Shown here: positions 43,028 to 56,789 of the stretch, one piece after another
How positions within the stretch are numbered: position 1 is the first letter of the stretch
How the letters are laid out: the number at the start of each line of letters is the position of its first letter
DNA from: Octopus sinensis
Lineage: Eukaryota
Reading direction: 5' to 3'
NCBI RefSeq assembly: GCF_006345805.1
Contig: NC_043007.1
Span: forward strand, 26,970,001 to 27,034,000
DNA length: 64,000 nucleotides
Notes under the pieces: generated by a model
What the model was told of the DNA's origin: nothing
Databases searched by the model: none
Seen by the model: the letters and a program-made list of their open reading frames with translations, nothing else
Position numbers and translations under genes: made by a program

Positions 43028-43228
43028 TGCTGTTTCTGTTGTACCTGTGTCTGAAAGGGCCAGCCTTGTTCTACTCTGTGTCATGTTGAATTTCCTCGAG
43101 TACTACGTTAAGGGTACACGTGTGACTATGGAGTGCTCAGCCACTTGCACGTTAATTTCACTAGCAGGCTGTTCCGTTGATCTAATCAAGTGGAACCCTC
43201 TTGTCGCAACAGACGTAGTGCCACGATG
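43028..43228 (+). mobile_element. Repeat family D, SINE/LINE-like 3' segment (other copies 15887-15951 +, 47196-47310 -, 48901-49082 -)
   Basis: Shared GAAAGGGCCAGCCTTGT...GTGGAGTGCTCAGCCACTTGCACGTTAATTTC...GTTCCGTTGATC...GTCG-AAC-GACGGAGTGC; mutual similarity seen by eye. Confidence 0.6.
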
Positions 43229-43329
43229 ATATATATATATATATATAGATAGATATAGGTATATACATGTACAAGCACATATACATACTCGCATGTATAT
43301 GAATGTATGTAAGTGCATGCGTATGTATA

Positions 43330-43480
43330 TATAACGTGAATTTATAAAAAGCAAAAGACGAAGACGGGTATGTGAACAACAAACAGATGTATTAGTTTAA
43401 CGCTCGGGAAGTGAGAGAGTCTTTCACGTTTCGAGCCTACGCTCTTCAGCAGAAAGGAACACAGAAATAAACAGGGGGAG
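43330..43480 (-). mobile_element. PLE pseudo-LTR-like repeat with degenerate hammerhead (family also at 41110-41200 -, 53830-53991 +; relative at 62470-62650 +)
   Basis: Minus strand CUUU-CUGCUGA-A-GAGC-GUAG-GCUC-GAAAC-GUG-AAAG (43421-43456). Shared downstream CTAATACATCTGTTTG...CTTCGTCTTTTG. Confidence 0.55.
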
Positions 43481-43561
43481 TAAATAGAAAAAGGTTTAGT
43501 GACTAGCGATCTATCTTATATATATATATATAATATATATATTATATATATGTGTGTGTGT

Positions 43562-43608
<47 letters not shown>

Positions 43609-44094
43609 TGTGGGCATGTGTGTATGTGTGTATGTATGTATATGCCGCAGAACCTCCCCAATCTAGGAGTCCTTAATTATGCGTTATCTTAGTATAATAA
43701 TATAAAACCCTGAAGGCAATCATTCAATAGCAATATATGTAATCATCATAACGCATGAACCCGTTGATAAGTTCAAGCTTACGAGAATGAAGGGCTACTT
43801 AGAGTAAAGAGACATCCATGAACTGAGAGATTCCCTGACACCAAGTATATCAACCAATTATTTCTATCATCCGGTAGTAACGGACCTCAATGTGAACTAT
43901 AAAGCTCTCATGCAGTTTTGTTATAGTCATTATATTGAACACTAAATAATTAATCCGAATCCACAGAGTTGAAAAATTAATCTACAGTAATTCACAAAGA
44001 GCAGAGTGTGTGGCAGATGGAAAATGGTATGTAATACCATATACTCTATGTATGAATAGATATAAAATGAAGTGCTAAATATTTCCTGTTTTTC

Positions 44095-44240
44095 AGTAAA
44101 AGAAAATACAGAAGGGTCAGTTAATTATGATTTTATTTAACACATTCCCCTCTCAGATTCACACACATATTGCAGCGTTGGCTCAGTTTGTTTTAAGTCG
44201 TATAAAAGAATTTGGAAGGTTGTGCCTCCATTAAAACAAG
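44095..44240 (-). mobile_element. Mariner 3'-end remnant (related to 58240-58376)
   Basis: AAAGAAAATACAGAAGGGTCAGTTAA...ATTCCCCTC-CAGATTCAC is shared with the reverse of 58290-58345. Confidence 0.55.
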
Positions 44241-44267
44241 GAACATTTCAGCATGCCCTCTTATGTG

Positions 44268-44299
<32 letters not shown>

Positions 44300-44344
44300 A
44301 TATAATATAGTATATATATATATATATATATATATCGAGTTGAA

Positions 44345-44825
44345 TGGCGAACTAATGTGTGGAGTGGAGCGAAAGCGCTTGAAGGGGACAGGATAACGCA
44401 TGCAAAACTCTAGAGAGATTTAAAGAAGAGTGTTACGATCGAGAAGGTTAATTACAATGACCTTTTTGTGTGCAGTTTCTGAAAACCATGCCTCTCTTTT
44501 GCTGGGCTCAAATCTCATTTGCGACCCATGGAAAACAAGCCTCCATCAAATTTTCTGCCTATATGTCTGTGCACACCTTTGAATTCAGTGTATGCCAGAA
44601 GAGTTTTCAAATCAAACAGAGTTCCCCAAAAGCATTTTAAGATCCACAAAAATCAGAACTTATCTGCATCTCTTGGTGATCCAAATCAGATATGCAATCT
44701 ATGTGGGTGTCTTTTCAAAATATTTTCTGGTTTAAAAAGCCACATCGGATGGATGCCATGATTGTTCTAAGGTATAGGTACAGAAGACGCCTCAAACTCT
44801 GCATAAGGAGTAGACAACCACCCAT
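44345..44825 (+). mobile_element. Probable RTE-type LINE 3' end with C-terminal C2H2-like motif, decayed
   Basis: ORF 44519-44761 ends ...CNLCGCLFKIFSGLKSH; the sequence terminates at (TA)n. The clade assignment is by recall only. Confidence 0.45.
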
Positions 44826-44860
44826 ATATATATTTATATATTATATATATATATATTATA

Positions 44861-44895
<35 letters not shown>

Positions 44896-44943
44896 TATAT
44901 TATACATATATATTTCATTTATATATATATATATATATATAAG

Positions 44944-44975
<32 letters not shown>

Positions 44976-45418
44976 TTATTAGTATAATATATATATATAT
45001 GTATGTATATATATATATATACATACATACATTACATATATATATATATTTATATATATACATATGTGTGTGTATATATATTAGATATGTATATGTATAT
45101 GTATGTATATATGTTTATATATCAGTTGTATATATGTAAATGAATGTGAGTGCAAGCTGATTATGTATGTGTGTGTGGTGTGTGTGTGTGTGTGTGCGTA
45201 TGTTTGTGTAAGAAGTATCAGAATTTATTGAACCCGGAATTAAAAGTGCAATAAATCTTGGGTCAACATTTCTGAATAAAAACTAATAATTCAAATAAGA
45301 ATTTTTTTTCTTGCTTTCTTTTTTTAAAAATTTAACCTTTCGCTTTTAAAGTACGAACTCACTGCGGTGTATTACGTTACAACCCGTCTAATACATACAC
45401 AAACACATACAATCGTAT

Positions 45419-45450
<32 letters not shown>

Positions 45451-45593
45451 GTATATATATATATCTATATCTATATATATGTATATATATATATATATAC
45501 ATACATGCATACATATATATACATACACACATACATATATAATATATGTGTGTGTATATTTATATATATGTATATATATTATATATATATATG

Positions 45594-45624
<31 letters not shown>

Positions 45625-45690
45625 GTATTATGTATGTATATGTATGTAGTATGTATGTATTGATGTATGTATGTATGCATCTCTGTGCTT
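44825..45690. repeat. (TA)n/(TG)n/(TATG)n-rich tract
   Basis: Directly visible. Confidence 0.85.
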
Positions 45691-46367
45691 ATGTATCAAC
45701 CATAGATCACTTTTATTATTGTTGTTCCTAAGCCGGATACAAAATGTGGTCTGATCGTCCCTTACGGTTATTCTTGGACAGATGACACTTCGTCAATTAG
45801 AATAAATTTATTATTTTTCAGGAGGAATTTTATCATATTACCCTTGATAATTATAATGATTATATTGAATCGAATGCCTTGTGGAAAGGCAATTCTTCCT
45901 ATTGTTTAAGTTTGTTCCATCCATTTCCATCTTGGCCTAAATTGGTTTAACGAAATATTCTTCCCAGTGGAAGCCTTTGGAGTGGCCTTTTTTCGAACTC
46001 ACGGATATCTCTGAGCAAATACACGAGTTACCTGTGTACAAGGCAACATGTCAACCCCAGAAGAATTTTTGCTTTCGGTAGTCTGTCTTCACGTTGTTCA
46101 CTCTGCTTAGTTCTCGTATTATCTCATTTCGGATTGCTCTCGAAATAATAATCCTAACATTGATTGTTCTTCGGCCTTCTTCGTCGCAGGCGATTGACAA
46201 AATGATAGCAAGAGCATAAGTACTTCACCTCACAAGAATTTAGGCCTGGGTTCGTCCCATTCGGCTAAACATTCTTCAAGGCGGTACCCCAGCATGGCCA
46301 CAGATTAATGACTGAAACTAGTAACATATAAAAGATGAACGATATATACCTAATATATACTAATAAA

Positions 46368-46602
46368 GAAGGCGGCGAGCTGGCAGTAACGTTAGCAGGT
46401 CGGGCGAGATGCTTAGCGGTATTCCGGCTGCCGCTATGTTCTGAGTTCAAATTCCGGCGAGGTCGTCTTTACTTTTCATCCGTTCGGGGTCGATAAATAA
46501 AGTACCAGTTACGCACTGGGGTCGATGTAATCTACTTAATACCTTTGTCTGTCCATGTTTGTTCACTCTAAGTTTAGCCCCTTGTGGGTAATAAAGAAAT
46601 AG
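46368..46602 (+). mobile_element. SINE family A, full length, with 15-bp TSD
   Basis: TSD ATATATACTAATAAA (46353-46367) / ATATACACTAATAAA (46603-46617). Confidence 0.9.
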
Positions 46603-47312
46603 ATATACACTAATAAATCGGTGTTTGGTAAACAATGTAAGAACAAATGGAGATAAGGTATTGTTCTTAAGGTGAGCCGTGTTAGAAATTGTATTACATC
46701 CTTTAGAGAATTATAATGAATAATTTACTTGCAATGTGCCTGTTTCTCCATGGGAATTGAAACCGTATCATTGTTATTCAGGTATGTTTAATGTAAACAT
46801 ATATGTGTTTGAGATGTTATACCGGCGGGATCGACTGAATGCTTAACCGTAAACCATTTACTGCGGTATATAACGATCATAGTAAATGTTTACTTTGCAG
46901 ACATCATAGCTGCCAAATGCTTCTATTTCCTGTTATTTTTTATTATAGAATGTCAATAGTAATTATTTATATACAATTTGCCGTGATAGCTCTAGGGGTC
47001 GTAGAAATTAAGGATTGCCACGTTCATGTATTTCACGAGAGTAGGCAGCACTGATGTTACTGGAATACAAACAAAAAAAAGAGCTAGTGGCGTATGTTAA
47101 TATGAACGAAAAATCACTGTCAATGCCTCAGTAAAACCTAAATATGTACGTATACGTATATATACTTATATAGATGTTCATATTTTAGATATACTGGTAT
47201 TCCGTCGTTTACGACAACGTGAATTCCAGCTGATCCGATGAATGGAACAACTTCTAGTCAAATTAAAATGCAAGTAACTAAGAACTCTACAGACGTGTGT
47301 ACACTTAGCGTA

Positions 47313-47865
47313 CGAGGGGTGTATATTAAAGATTCCTCCGACCCACTTCCCATGGACTGGGATAAACGAACGTGGCACAATTATTAATCATTCTCTACAT
47401 AGCCACCACCAATGGTGACACGCGTTAACCATCACTTTATGCAGCTGTGAAGATCTCGTTTGTAGAAGTCTGTAGATTGTTTCTGGAGCCAAGACTCTAC
47501 CTAGGAAATAAGTTCATCATCCGAAAAGTGCTTCCGGTTCAACTAAGAGTTCATGTTTGGAAAGAGGTGGAAGTCAGGTGGTGCAACGTTGGGAGTAAGG
47601 ATGATGAGTAAGGGTGATGAGGAACAATTTAACAGCTGCAGGAGAGTGCTTTCATCTGGGCAACAAGCGCATTGTGAACTAGGATGTTGTCTTTGAGGAG
47701 GCAGACTCCTTTGGTCAGCATGCCTTGCCTTTCTGCATTGATGGCATTCCGTAATTTCTGCAGCAGATAAACATAATAATTGTGGTGCCCTTTGCCAGAA
47801 AATCTATCATAAGTACTCCACGCTGGTCCCTTGTCTGCTGAGGGTTGGACAAGAGCCTTGTTTTC
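47313..47865 (-). pseudogene. Mariner (DD34D-type) transposase C-terminal remnant with TIR
   Basis: TA|CGAGGGGTG TIR-like end at 47311. Minus-strand pieces LLQKLRNAINAERQGMLTKGVCLLKDN...HNALVAQ, KHFSDDELIS and TIGGGYVEND* (stop 47384-47386); several frameshifts. Confidence 0.8.
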
Positions 47866-49185
47866 GCAGTTCTCAATGAGATTCAGGGTAACACAGAATG
47901 TAACAAGGCTGGCCTTTTCAAATATAGGTGCACCTGTTTTTTTGCTAGATGAATGGGCTGGAAGAATGGGAAATAAAGTGCCATGTTGGGGACTGAACTC
48001 ACGATCGAGAGCCGAGTAACCTGACCACTTAGCCACACGCCTTCACTTTACATGTATGTACATATCTTGCATACAATGACACGTGCTTTCAGATATGTGC
48101 GTGTGTGTGTGTGTGCGTGCGTGTTTGTATGTGTGTTTGTTTTCAAGTATGTGTCATTTGTGAAGTTAATGATAGTTCACACAAAGGAAATATATATTAA
48201 AGATTTAACATCATCCGTTTAATATTTTGCAAATAATGATGAGGTGAATTAATAAAGATTATATAATATTGGAATTGCATGGTGATTGCTCTGATGAAAT
48301 CTCTGGTCTATTACCGTATCTCAATTGCTTTTAAACGTGTCACCCGCTTCTATACCCAGGTACATCGTTCCTCTCTTGAACTTCTTGTTAGTCATCATTT
48401 ACTGTAATAGCTTTTGTTGTCGAATTACTGCCCTGTGCGACTCATTACCAGCCTTTTGTTTTCCTGTTTGCCTCAGGTTTACGATATTCAGTCTTTTAAG
48501 TTTTCTGTCAATGGGCATCTTTTCAATGTGAAGGCCCCCTTCTTTTTCTTTGTTTCGAGTCCCTTACAAAACAGTGGCTTCAAGGGAAAAGTTCCAAACC
48601 AACATGAATGAAAAAAATTCCAGGTAAAATCAAAAGGAAATTGTTATTGCTAGAGTCATTACAGATGCCTTCAGTTTGACGAAATGGCTCAATGGATGAC
48701 GTAGAATAGAATTGTACTATTGTGTGGTGCAGAAGAACGTTGTCATTCCCTAGTAACAAGAATACGGCTCTGCATTGTTGGAACGAGCGATGCTGGGTAA
48801 AGTTGCAAATATCTTTGTGATTTTTTTAGTATATAGCTGAAGATAGGGCTCTCCTGCATTGCAATCTATATGTGAAATCAACAAGTACGTACATACATCG
48901 TGGCACTCCGTCAGTTGCGACGACGACGGTTCCAGTTGATCCGATCAACGGAACGGCTTGTTCGTAAATTTAACGTAGAAGTGGCTTAGCACTCCACAGA
49001 TACGGGTACGGTTAATGTAGTTTTCATAGATATTCAGCGTGACAAAGACTATGACAAGGCCGGCCCTTTGAAATACATGTACATATATACAGACCGACAA
49101 ACAAACAAAGAGACAAGTCAGACAAACAGCTACTGTTTGGTCATAGGATATGACAGAAGTATATATATATATAGATAGATAGATT

Positions 49186-49380
49186 CAGATGAATATGGTA
49201 CTTAAGATGACGCATCAGAATTTAGTATGGTATTATCTATACAATTTCAATGTAAAGTAATTAAAATCAAAATCAGCAACAAGGATATCCAGAGGTAATG
49301 CAGTACGATCGTTTCATGCAATGGAGTTGCATGAAACGATCGTACTGCATTACCTCTGGATATCCTTGTTGCTTATTTTG
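49186..49380. mobile_element. PLE-like repeat ending in a 54-bp-arm hairpin that contains the 3' half of a hammerhead
   Basis: Arms at 49268-49321 and 49327-49380 with 1 mismatch and a TGGAG loop; GAAAC-GATC-GTA-CTGC on both strands. Confidence 0.6.
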
Positions 49381-50163
49381 ATATATAAAACTATATATAA
49401 ATATATGTGTGTGTATGTGTGTGTGTGTGTGTGTGTCGTAGGTGTGCCTGTGTGGTAAGAAGCTTGTTTTCCAACTTCATGGTCCTAGTTTTTTTATTTG
49501 TTTATTTATGTATGTATACTTATATACATATATGTTTGTATGTGTGTAGTTTACGATTCCGTTACGTTAAGATCGACAAAAGAGATACTTCATCCAATGA
49601 GCGATAAGTATTGGTGAGAGAGAACCATGATTGGTATCGACGTTTTTTATCGATGGTGTTGCAGATAGAGTGCTCTTAAACTTTAGCTGTCTATTTGCAG
49701 TCAGTCGTCGTAACTATGACGCTTCATGGCTTCATGGCTTTGCCATGATCGCTTGTTAAACTTTCTCAGCACTGGTTAGCTTTTCGCTTGCGTTTGCCAT
49801 TTTTGACAATCAGTTCTTTTAAACTTCATGTTTTTTTTTTACACTACTTTTCAATCTCAATCTAGGTCCTCAATGGTTTCTTTGCCCCTTGATTAATTAA
49901 GTGTGAAGGATTTGTCTGGGTAGTTTGTCTTCCATCGCCTTTATCTTTATAATGTGGAATTGAATATTTCGACCTAAGATTGACGCAGGCCATGTCTAAC
50001 ATAATAGTACCACCTGATAGGATTTGCTAAATCCTTTTAAAATCAAGGGTTGTGGTATCATGGCCCATTCGAGTAGGGTGTTCTTGTTAAGTGAGTTGTA
50101 TCCAGGTATACGTAGCTTATCTAGTATCTCTTGAAGAGATTTATCCAGATTCCGTTTAAAGGT

Positions 50164-50500
50164 GATACATACATACTACATACATACACACACACACAAA
50201 TACATACATACATAAATACATACATACACACATATATACATCTACGCATACATACATACAGACACACACACATACAAACATACATACAGACATACATACA
50301 TACAAACATACATACAGACATACATACATATACACATACATACATACATACATACATACATACACACACACATACATACAGACATACAATCATAAATACA
50401 TACATACATACATACATACATACATACACAGACACACATACATAAAGACATACAATCATAAATACATACATACATACATACATACACATACAAATATCTA
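50164..50500. repeat. (TACA)n-type microsatellite
   Basis: Directly visible. Confidence 0.9.
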
Positions 50501-50635
50501 CGTTAGACATTCATATATACCTACAACATAGAGGCACATAAAAATATGCATCTTGCGCTAAGTTTACGCCAATCAATACCTCCACATTATCAACATTATC
50601 AACATTATCAATATTATCTAAATTATTATCGTTAG

Positions 50636-50775
50636 CAACTCAAATTCCACCGATGACTACTTTTCCTTTCATCTTTCCGGGATCGATAAATTAAGTACCA
50701 GTGAAACACTGGGGTCAATGTATTCGACTAGTCGCCTCCACCAAATCTTCAGGCTTTGTGCCTATACAACAACAG
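50636..50775 (+). mobile_element. Diverged SINE family A fragment
   Basis: CAAATTCCACCGA...CCTTTCATC-TTCCGGGATCGATAAATTAAGTACCAG. Confidence 0.65.
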
Positions 50776-52680
50776 AGGATTATAATCGTTAGCACTACGA
50801 GCATTATCAATGCGAAGAATAATGGTTTATTTTGAGATTTGTTTTCCTTCAGTGTTACTTCCAGTTTTGCATTATTGCCTTCCTTCTTTCCTTCTTTCCT
50901 TCTTTCTTTCGTCTTTTTCTTTTTTTTTTCTATTCTTTTTTCCTTGATTACATTATTTAAACATTTATTTTATTTTTAATTATTCACTTCTTTATTAGTT
51001 CATTTTGTCAGTCTAATTTATCACCGTAGTCAACTACAAATAAAATAAACAAATAAATAGAAAATAAACGCACACTAGTTTATTTTTGTTTTATCTTATT
51101 TTATTTTATTTTATTTTATACATATTCGTATTTCGTTTCTTAATTTCTGTATAAATTTCTTTTCTTTATCACATTATCTGTGCTTAAGTTTTTTTAGCGT
51201 GTAAGTTGTTTAATTTATTCTGGTTATTTATTCTAAAACTAATTTCAACGTTATACATATATATATATATATATATATATAGATAGATAGATATATATAT
51301 GTGTGTGTGTGTGTGCGTGTCTGTGTGTATATATGCACGTAAATATATAAACACACACATATTATAAATATATATATATATATATATAAATTTTCGTGTA
51401 TATATGTGTATTTATAAATTCTTAGAAAATTTATATATTATATCATATAGATGAATACTCCTATGTATGTATATTATATACCATGGAAAATTTCGTTAAT
51501 ATGGATTGCATGTATATATACATCGACCTTTGAATTTGGCTTCTCTCTTTCTTAATTTTATATCTATATATATGTTGTGTGTGTATGTGTGCGTATAGGA
51601 TTGATAAAATAGATGTAATGTGTAAAAGAGTTTTTTGGGTACAACACATTTTCCGACCCGTTCTGGGTCTCTTCGGGTACATCAATAAAAAGTCGCACTA
51701 TGTATGCGTGTGTTTGTGTGTGTTTGTGTGTGTGTGTATGTAAATTTCATGATCTCGTGAACGACTAAGCTATCAGTTATCATTACACATCGCTGGGTAA
51801 AATGCGCTTTTTGTATGTATGTATATATATAGAGAGAGAGGGAGAGAGAGGGAGAGAGAGGGAGAGAGATGGAGAGAGAGGGAGAGAGAGATGTATGCAG
51901 AAGAGGATACAGACATATATAGATATACATGTGTGTATATATATCACTCTCTTACACGCACACTCTCTCTTTATATATATGTATATATGCTTTATTAAAC
52001 AGAGCTGCAAAAACAATTTTTTGCGATATGTTTGCAGCTATATTAGTAAAGCACATTACTCTACCTCCGGTATTCGAGTACTAATTTTGCCACCTTCTTT
52101 CACAGTTATGTGCTTACTATAGTATACAGACATCCATAACCTCACACGCGTACATATATATATATATATATACATGCCTGTCTGTATATGTAATTTCATT
52201 TATTCGTGTCTCTGTTTGTCACTGACTATTTATGTTTAGCGTTAAGTCTCAAGTGTACACATCTTCGCAGGCATGCAGATCTCAATAAATACACCTACAC
52301 ATATATATAAACACACTGAAATATATATATATAAATATACACATATACATACACACACACAGGCACACGCACATATGTATACACACACTGAAAGATATGT
52401 ATATAAATAAACATATATATATACACACATACGCACACACACACTCAGTCGCACACAGCCAGGGGCACACACACATACACACACACACAGACACACATAC
52501 ATACACACAGATGGCGTGGAGACAAATATCTTTGCACAACTTGCGGCTTGTAGCCTATGTATAATATCTTCGGTTTTACAATCCAAAATTACAATATAAG
52601 AGACGTCATGTTATTTGAATGAAGTCAGAATTTCACAAATAATAGTATTAATGTTGGTGATGATGATGATAATGATGATG

Positions 52681-52711
<31 letters not shown>

Positions 52712-52996
52712 GGATGACGATGTTAATTATTAAAGCAAAAATACAAAATAATAATACCAATAAAGACAACAAAATTCATTGAGTCTTTTGCATCGAATCG
52801 AAACATATTCCCATTGCTGATTCTGTCTCCATATTTTATCAAGTGTTGGCCTTACGCAAACGACCATTCTCGAATTCGTTGGTTTTCATAAATGCGTCGA
52901 TAGAGAATCAATTCTGATTTGTACGACATGCATTTCAATAAATCAATTAATATAGTGGTTTGAAATTTTGGCAACAGTCTCGTGTTAGAAGAGTAA

Positions 52997-53420
52997 TGTA
53001 CCACATGTAATGGAATGCTACTTAATTTATCGATCCCGAGAAATATGCTACATGTGCTGAAATGATCATTATTTTATTGACCCCAAAAAATCTACCACAT
53101 GAGCTGAGATGCTACTTATTTTATTAATCCTGTAAAATCTACTACATGTGCTGAACTGCTATTTATTTTATCGATCCCGAAAAATCTACCACATGTGCTA
53201 GGATACAACTTATTTCATCGACGCCGTAAAATCGACTATATGTAATGAAATGCTATTTAGTTTATCGATCCCGAAAAATCTACTACATGTGCTGAAACAG
53301 TACTTTTTCTATCAACCCCAAAAAATCTGCAACATGTGCTGAAATGGTACTCATTTTATCGACCCTCAAAATTCTAATACATGTATTGACATGGTACTTA
53401 TTCTATCGACCCCAGAAAAT
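52997..53420. repeat. Minisatellite, 9 x 47 bp, derived from the SINE family A central domain
   Basis: Unit starts at 52997, 53044, 53091, 53138, 53185, 53232, 53279, 53326 and 53373. Approximate consensus TCTACCACATGTGCTGAAATGCTACTTATTTTATCGACCCCGAAAAA. The last unit continues into a minus-strand SINE (to about 53512). Confidence 0.9.
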
Positions 53421-53723
53421 AAAAAACAAAGTGGACCTCAGCGGAATTTGATCTTAAGAAGGAAAGGCGGACGAAATGCCGTTAAGCGTTTTGTCTCGTG
53501 TGATAAAGATCCTTCCTGTTGTCCGCCTTAAATCAATTGACATAGTGCTGTCGTATATTGGCACAATCTCATCAATTTCGTGGGAAGGTTGGCACGTCCT
53601 TTACATCGACCCCATTCTTCAAATGATTCTTATTTCTTCAACGCCCAAGGCACCGCGTCGATGTTTGAACCCAGAACTTCAAGACAAAAGAAATGCCAAC
53701 AACCATTTTATCCGTTTCGGTAA

Positions 53724-53821
53724 CGATTCTTACAAACAATAAGTCCTGGGGTCGATTTGCTCGACTAAAGGCGGTGCTTCAGCATGGCCACAGTCAAAGT
53801 TTGAAACAACTAAAACAGTAA
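53724..53821 (+). mobile_element. SINE family B 3' end
   Basis: CTTACAAACAATAAGTCCTGGGGTCGATTTGCTCGACTAAAGGCGGTGCTTCAGCATGGCC. Confidence 0.8.
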
Positions 53822-53998
53822 CACACATTTTTCTCTCCTTGTTTCTCTCCTTGTTTTCTGTGTCCCTTTCTGTAAAAGAGCGTAAGCTCGAAACGTAAAA
53901 GTCTTTTTCTATTCCTGAGCGCTATGCTAATACATCTGTTTGTTTTCTACACCACCTGTCCTCGTCTTTTGTTTTTTTCGTAAACTTTCCCTATATAT

Positions 53999-54043
<45 letters not shown>

Positions 54044-54080
54044 TGTACATATATATATATATATACATATATGTGTGTGT

Positions 54081-54125
<45 letters not shown>

Positions 54126-54684
54126 TCTGTGTGTGTGTGTGTGTATGTGTGTGTGTGTGTGTGTTTCTGGCTGAAACTGACCGTTTTATACCCAGTAAGA
54201 CTTGTGTTTAACTTACGATTTCAACCGTCGATAAGTCGATCGTAATTGAATCACCTTCCACGAATTTCATACTTATCTATAGGTAACAATAATTTTTTTT
54301 ATTTTTTTATTTATCATTTCCTACACAACCACTCACAATTGATTGAACAGTTATTATCGATCGCCATAACACCACCGTATGTTCAACTTCACTGGGGCTC
54401 ACCAAACATACGCAGGCTTGTTTTGAAAGTGGATGGAACATAACACTCACTATTGGCAAAAGAGTAACAGACCGCCAATATATATATTTTGAATCAATAT
54501 CATGTTTGATATGCTATCAACACCACAAATAACATATCACTAATAACTATACTCAATATCGATGAAATAATCACAGGTTTCCACGAATATATCAATTATA
54601 CGCCTTGCTGTCATATCAATATGGCTAATTATATATTGTCGTATCTTCATAACGAATTGGTTTCCTTGGAAAATGAAGTTAGGA

Positions 54685-54699
54685 TGTATACATACATGC

Positions 54700-54732
<33 letters not shown>

Positions 54733-54802
54733 CGTGAGTGAGTGAGTGTGTGTGAGTATGTATATATATATATTTATATAGTCACACATATATACATACA
54801 TG

Positions 54803-54833
<31 letters not shown>

Positions 54834-54888
54834 ATGTATATATATTTATATAGACACACAGAATATACATATATATAGCACACAAACG

Positions 54889-54964
<76 letters not shown>

Positions 54965-55218
54965 TATATATATATACAGATATACAGATATATATATACA
55001 CACATATACACACAGATTATATATATATATATACACTCACACACATGTGCAGTTCTTATTCGAGAAATATCTGCTAACAAAGAGAGTCATATAAACATGT
55101 AGTTCTCTTGCATTGTAGAGCATCTGATGTGTGTATATTCATATATACATATTTTCGTGTGTGTCTATTTGTATGCATATAAATATGTATGTTTAGGTAT
55201 GTTTACATAGCATTATAA

Positions 55219-55249
<31 letters not shown>

Positions 55250-55456
55250 GATAGATACATAAAAATATATAGATACATATATGCGGGTGCGTGTACATCT
55301 ATCCATCTATATCTGTGTATCTAATTATGTACACACACACACATACACACATATATATATATATATATTTGCATGTATTTATATATATATATAGGTATGT
55401 ATGTATATATAGATGTTAAGAGAAATGTAGGTAGATAGGTATACAAATAGATAAAT

Positions 55457-55524
<68 letters not shown>

Positions 55525-55529
55525 TATAC

Positions 55530-55564
<35 letters not shown>

Positions 55565-55625
55565 TATACAGATATATATATATATACACACATACACGCA
55601 CACACACATATTACATATATGTGTA
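54685..55625. repeat. (TG)n/(TA)n/(CA)n microsatellite field
   Basis: Directly visible. Confidence 0.9.
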
Positions 55626-56789
55626 TTTGTGTAGGTTTGTGTGTGAGTACGCGGCTGTTTGTGCTTGCTCTTATTTGTGCACACAAACAAGAGTTTAAGG
55701 TGATCGCTTCCACTATTATTACGCCGGTTCTTCTAATTGGTGAAGCATGCAACTGATTTCCATAAATTACAAAAGAATTTCCAAATTCCCATTACACCTC
55801 TTTGTGCAAAACTCCCATTTTGTCTCATGCTTATATGCCAGCCTTTTCCCAGGTTTTACTCCTCAAGAACTTCTTTCTTTAGGCATGTTCAATAATGCAT
55901 ATTAAAGATATTACAACTTAACCACGAACCGACAATTGCTCCCTCTATTAATCAGTGGAGGAACAAGATGGAATTCGAATGAACGGTGGAGGAGGGAATA
56001 TCGTATACAAGCCATAGAGGGTACCTTTTAGTTTACCTTTTGTTCTGCTAGAAACTGCAGCTAATTTCCCGTGGTATAATATATATAAAGTTTAGATTTA
56101 GTTCGAGATTGAGAGCAGAGTTTTTCGTGAAGGACAGATGAGGGTTGCACAACTTCCTGTTAAACAACATGCACGGATGGTTTATTTACAGTCATCGAAT
56201 CTTTCTGCAGAACATTAACTAATTTCTTTCATCAATTCGACCATTACCTGATCAAGTGGACGATGTGCCACATATCAAGTATTGAAGTGATCGCAGTGCA
56301 ACGTGAAATGGAATGTTTTGTTCAAGAAGAAAACACTCTTCCCTGTCCAGGAATCGAAACCGCGATATCGCGATCACTAAGTACAATAATAGTAACAACT
56401 AGGTTGCACGACTTCTCAGTTCTAGAGAAAGCGAGATTGTCGCAACTAGAATGACTTTGATTAGTGGCATGATATTTTGATTGATGATTTAGCTTTAGTA
56501 CATTTTTAGTACATTACATTTAAGGTGAATTATCTCTTTGTTCTTTAAAATTACTTTATTATCTAGCCTTAGGGCTGCCTTATTTTTCTTGACTTATGAT
56601 CAAAGGTATTTATACGGTGACTCTCCTGTATATTTTATAGGGCTAACACAAAAATATGCAAGTGAATTTTAGTGAGATATTGCACCTACTTTTTACAAGA
56701 AGAGTAGACAGGTAGAGGCTCATTTAAATAGCTGGTATTGGAATTAACTACAGTTGCATGTGTTAGAAGACCGCTTTATCATCAGGTGG

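Noticed and set aside
48477-48623. Exon-like segment with a good acceptor (TTTCCTGTTTGCCTCAG) and CAG|GTAAAA donor, 147 bp
   Set aside because: All three frames contain stops. It could only be a non-coding exon, which cannot be supported without transcripts.
52997-53420. CRISPR-like periodic array
   Set aside because: The units are contiguous tandem copies without unique spacers, the context is eukaryotic, and there are no cas genes.
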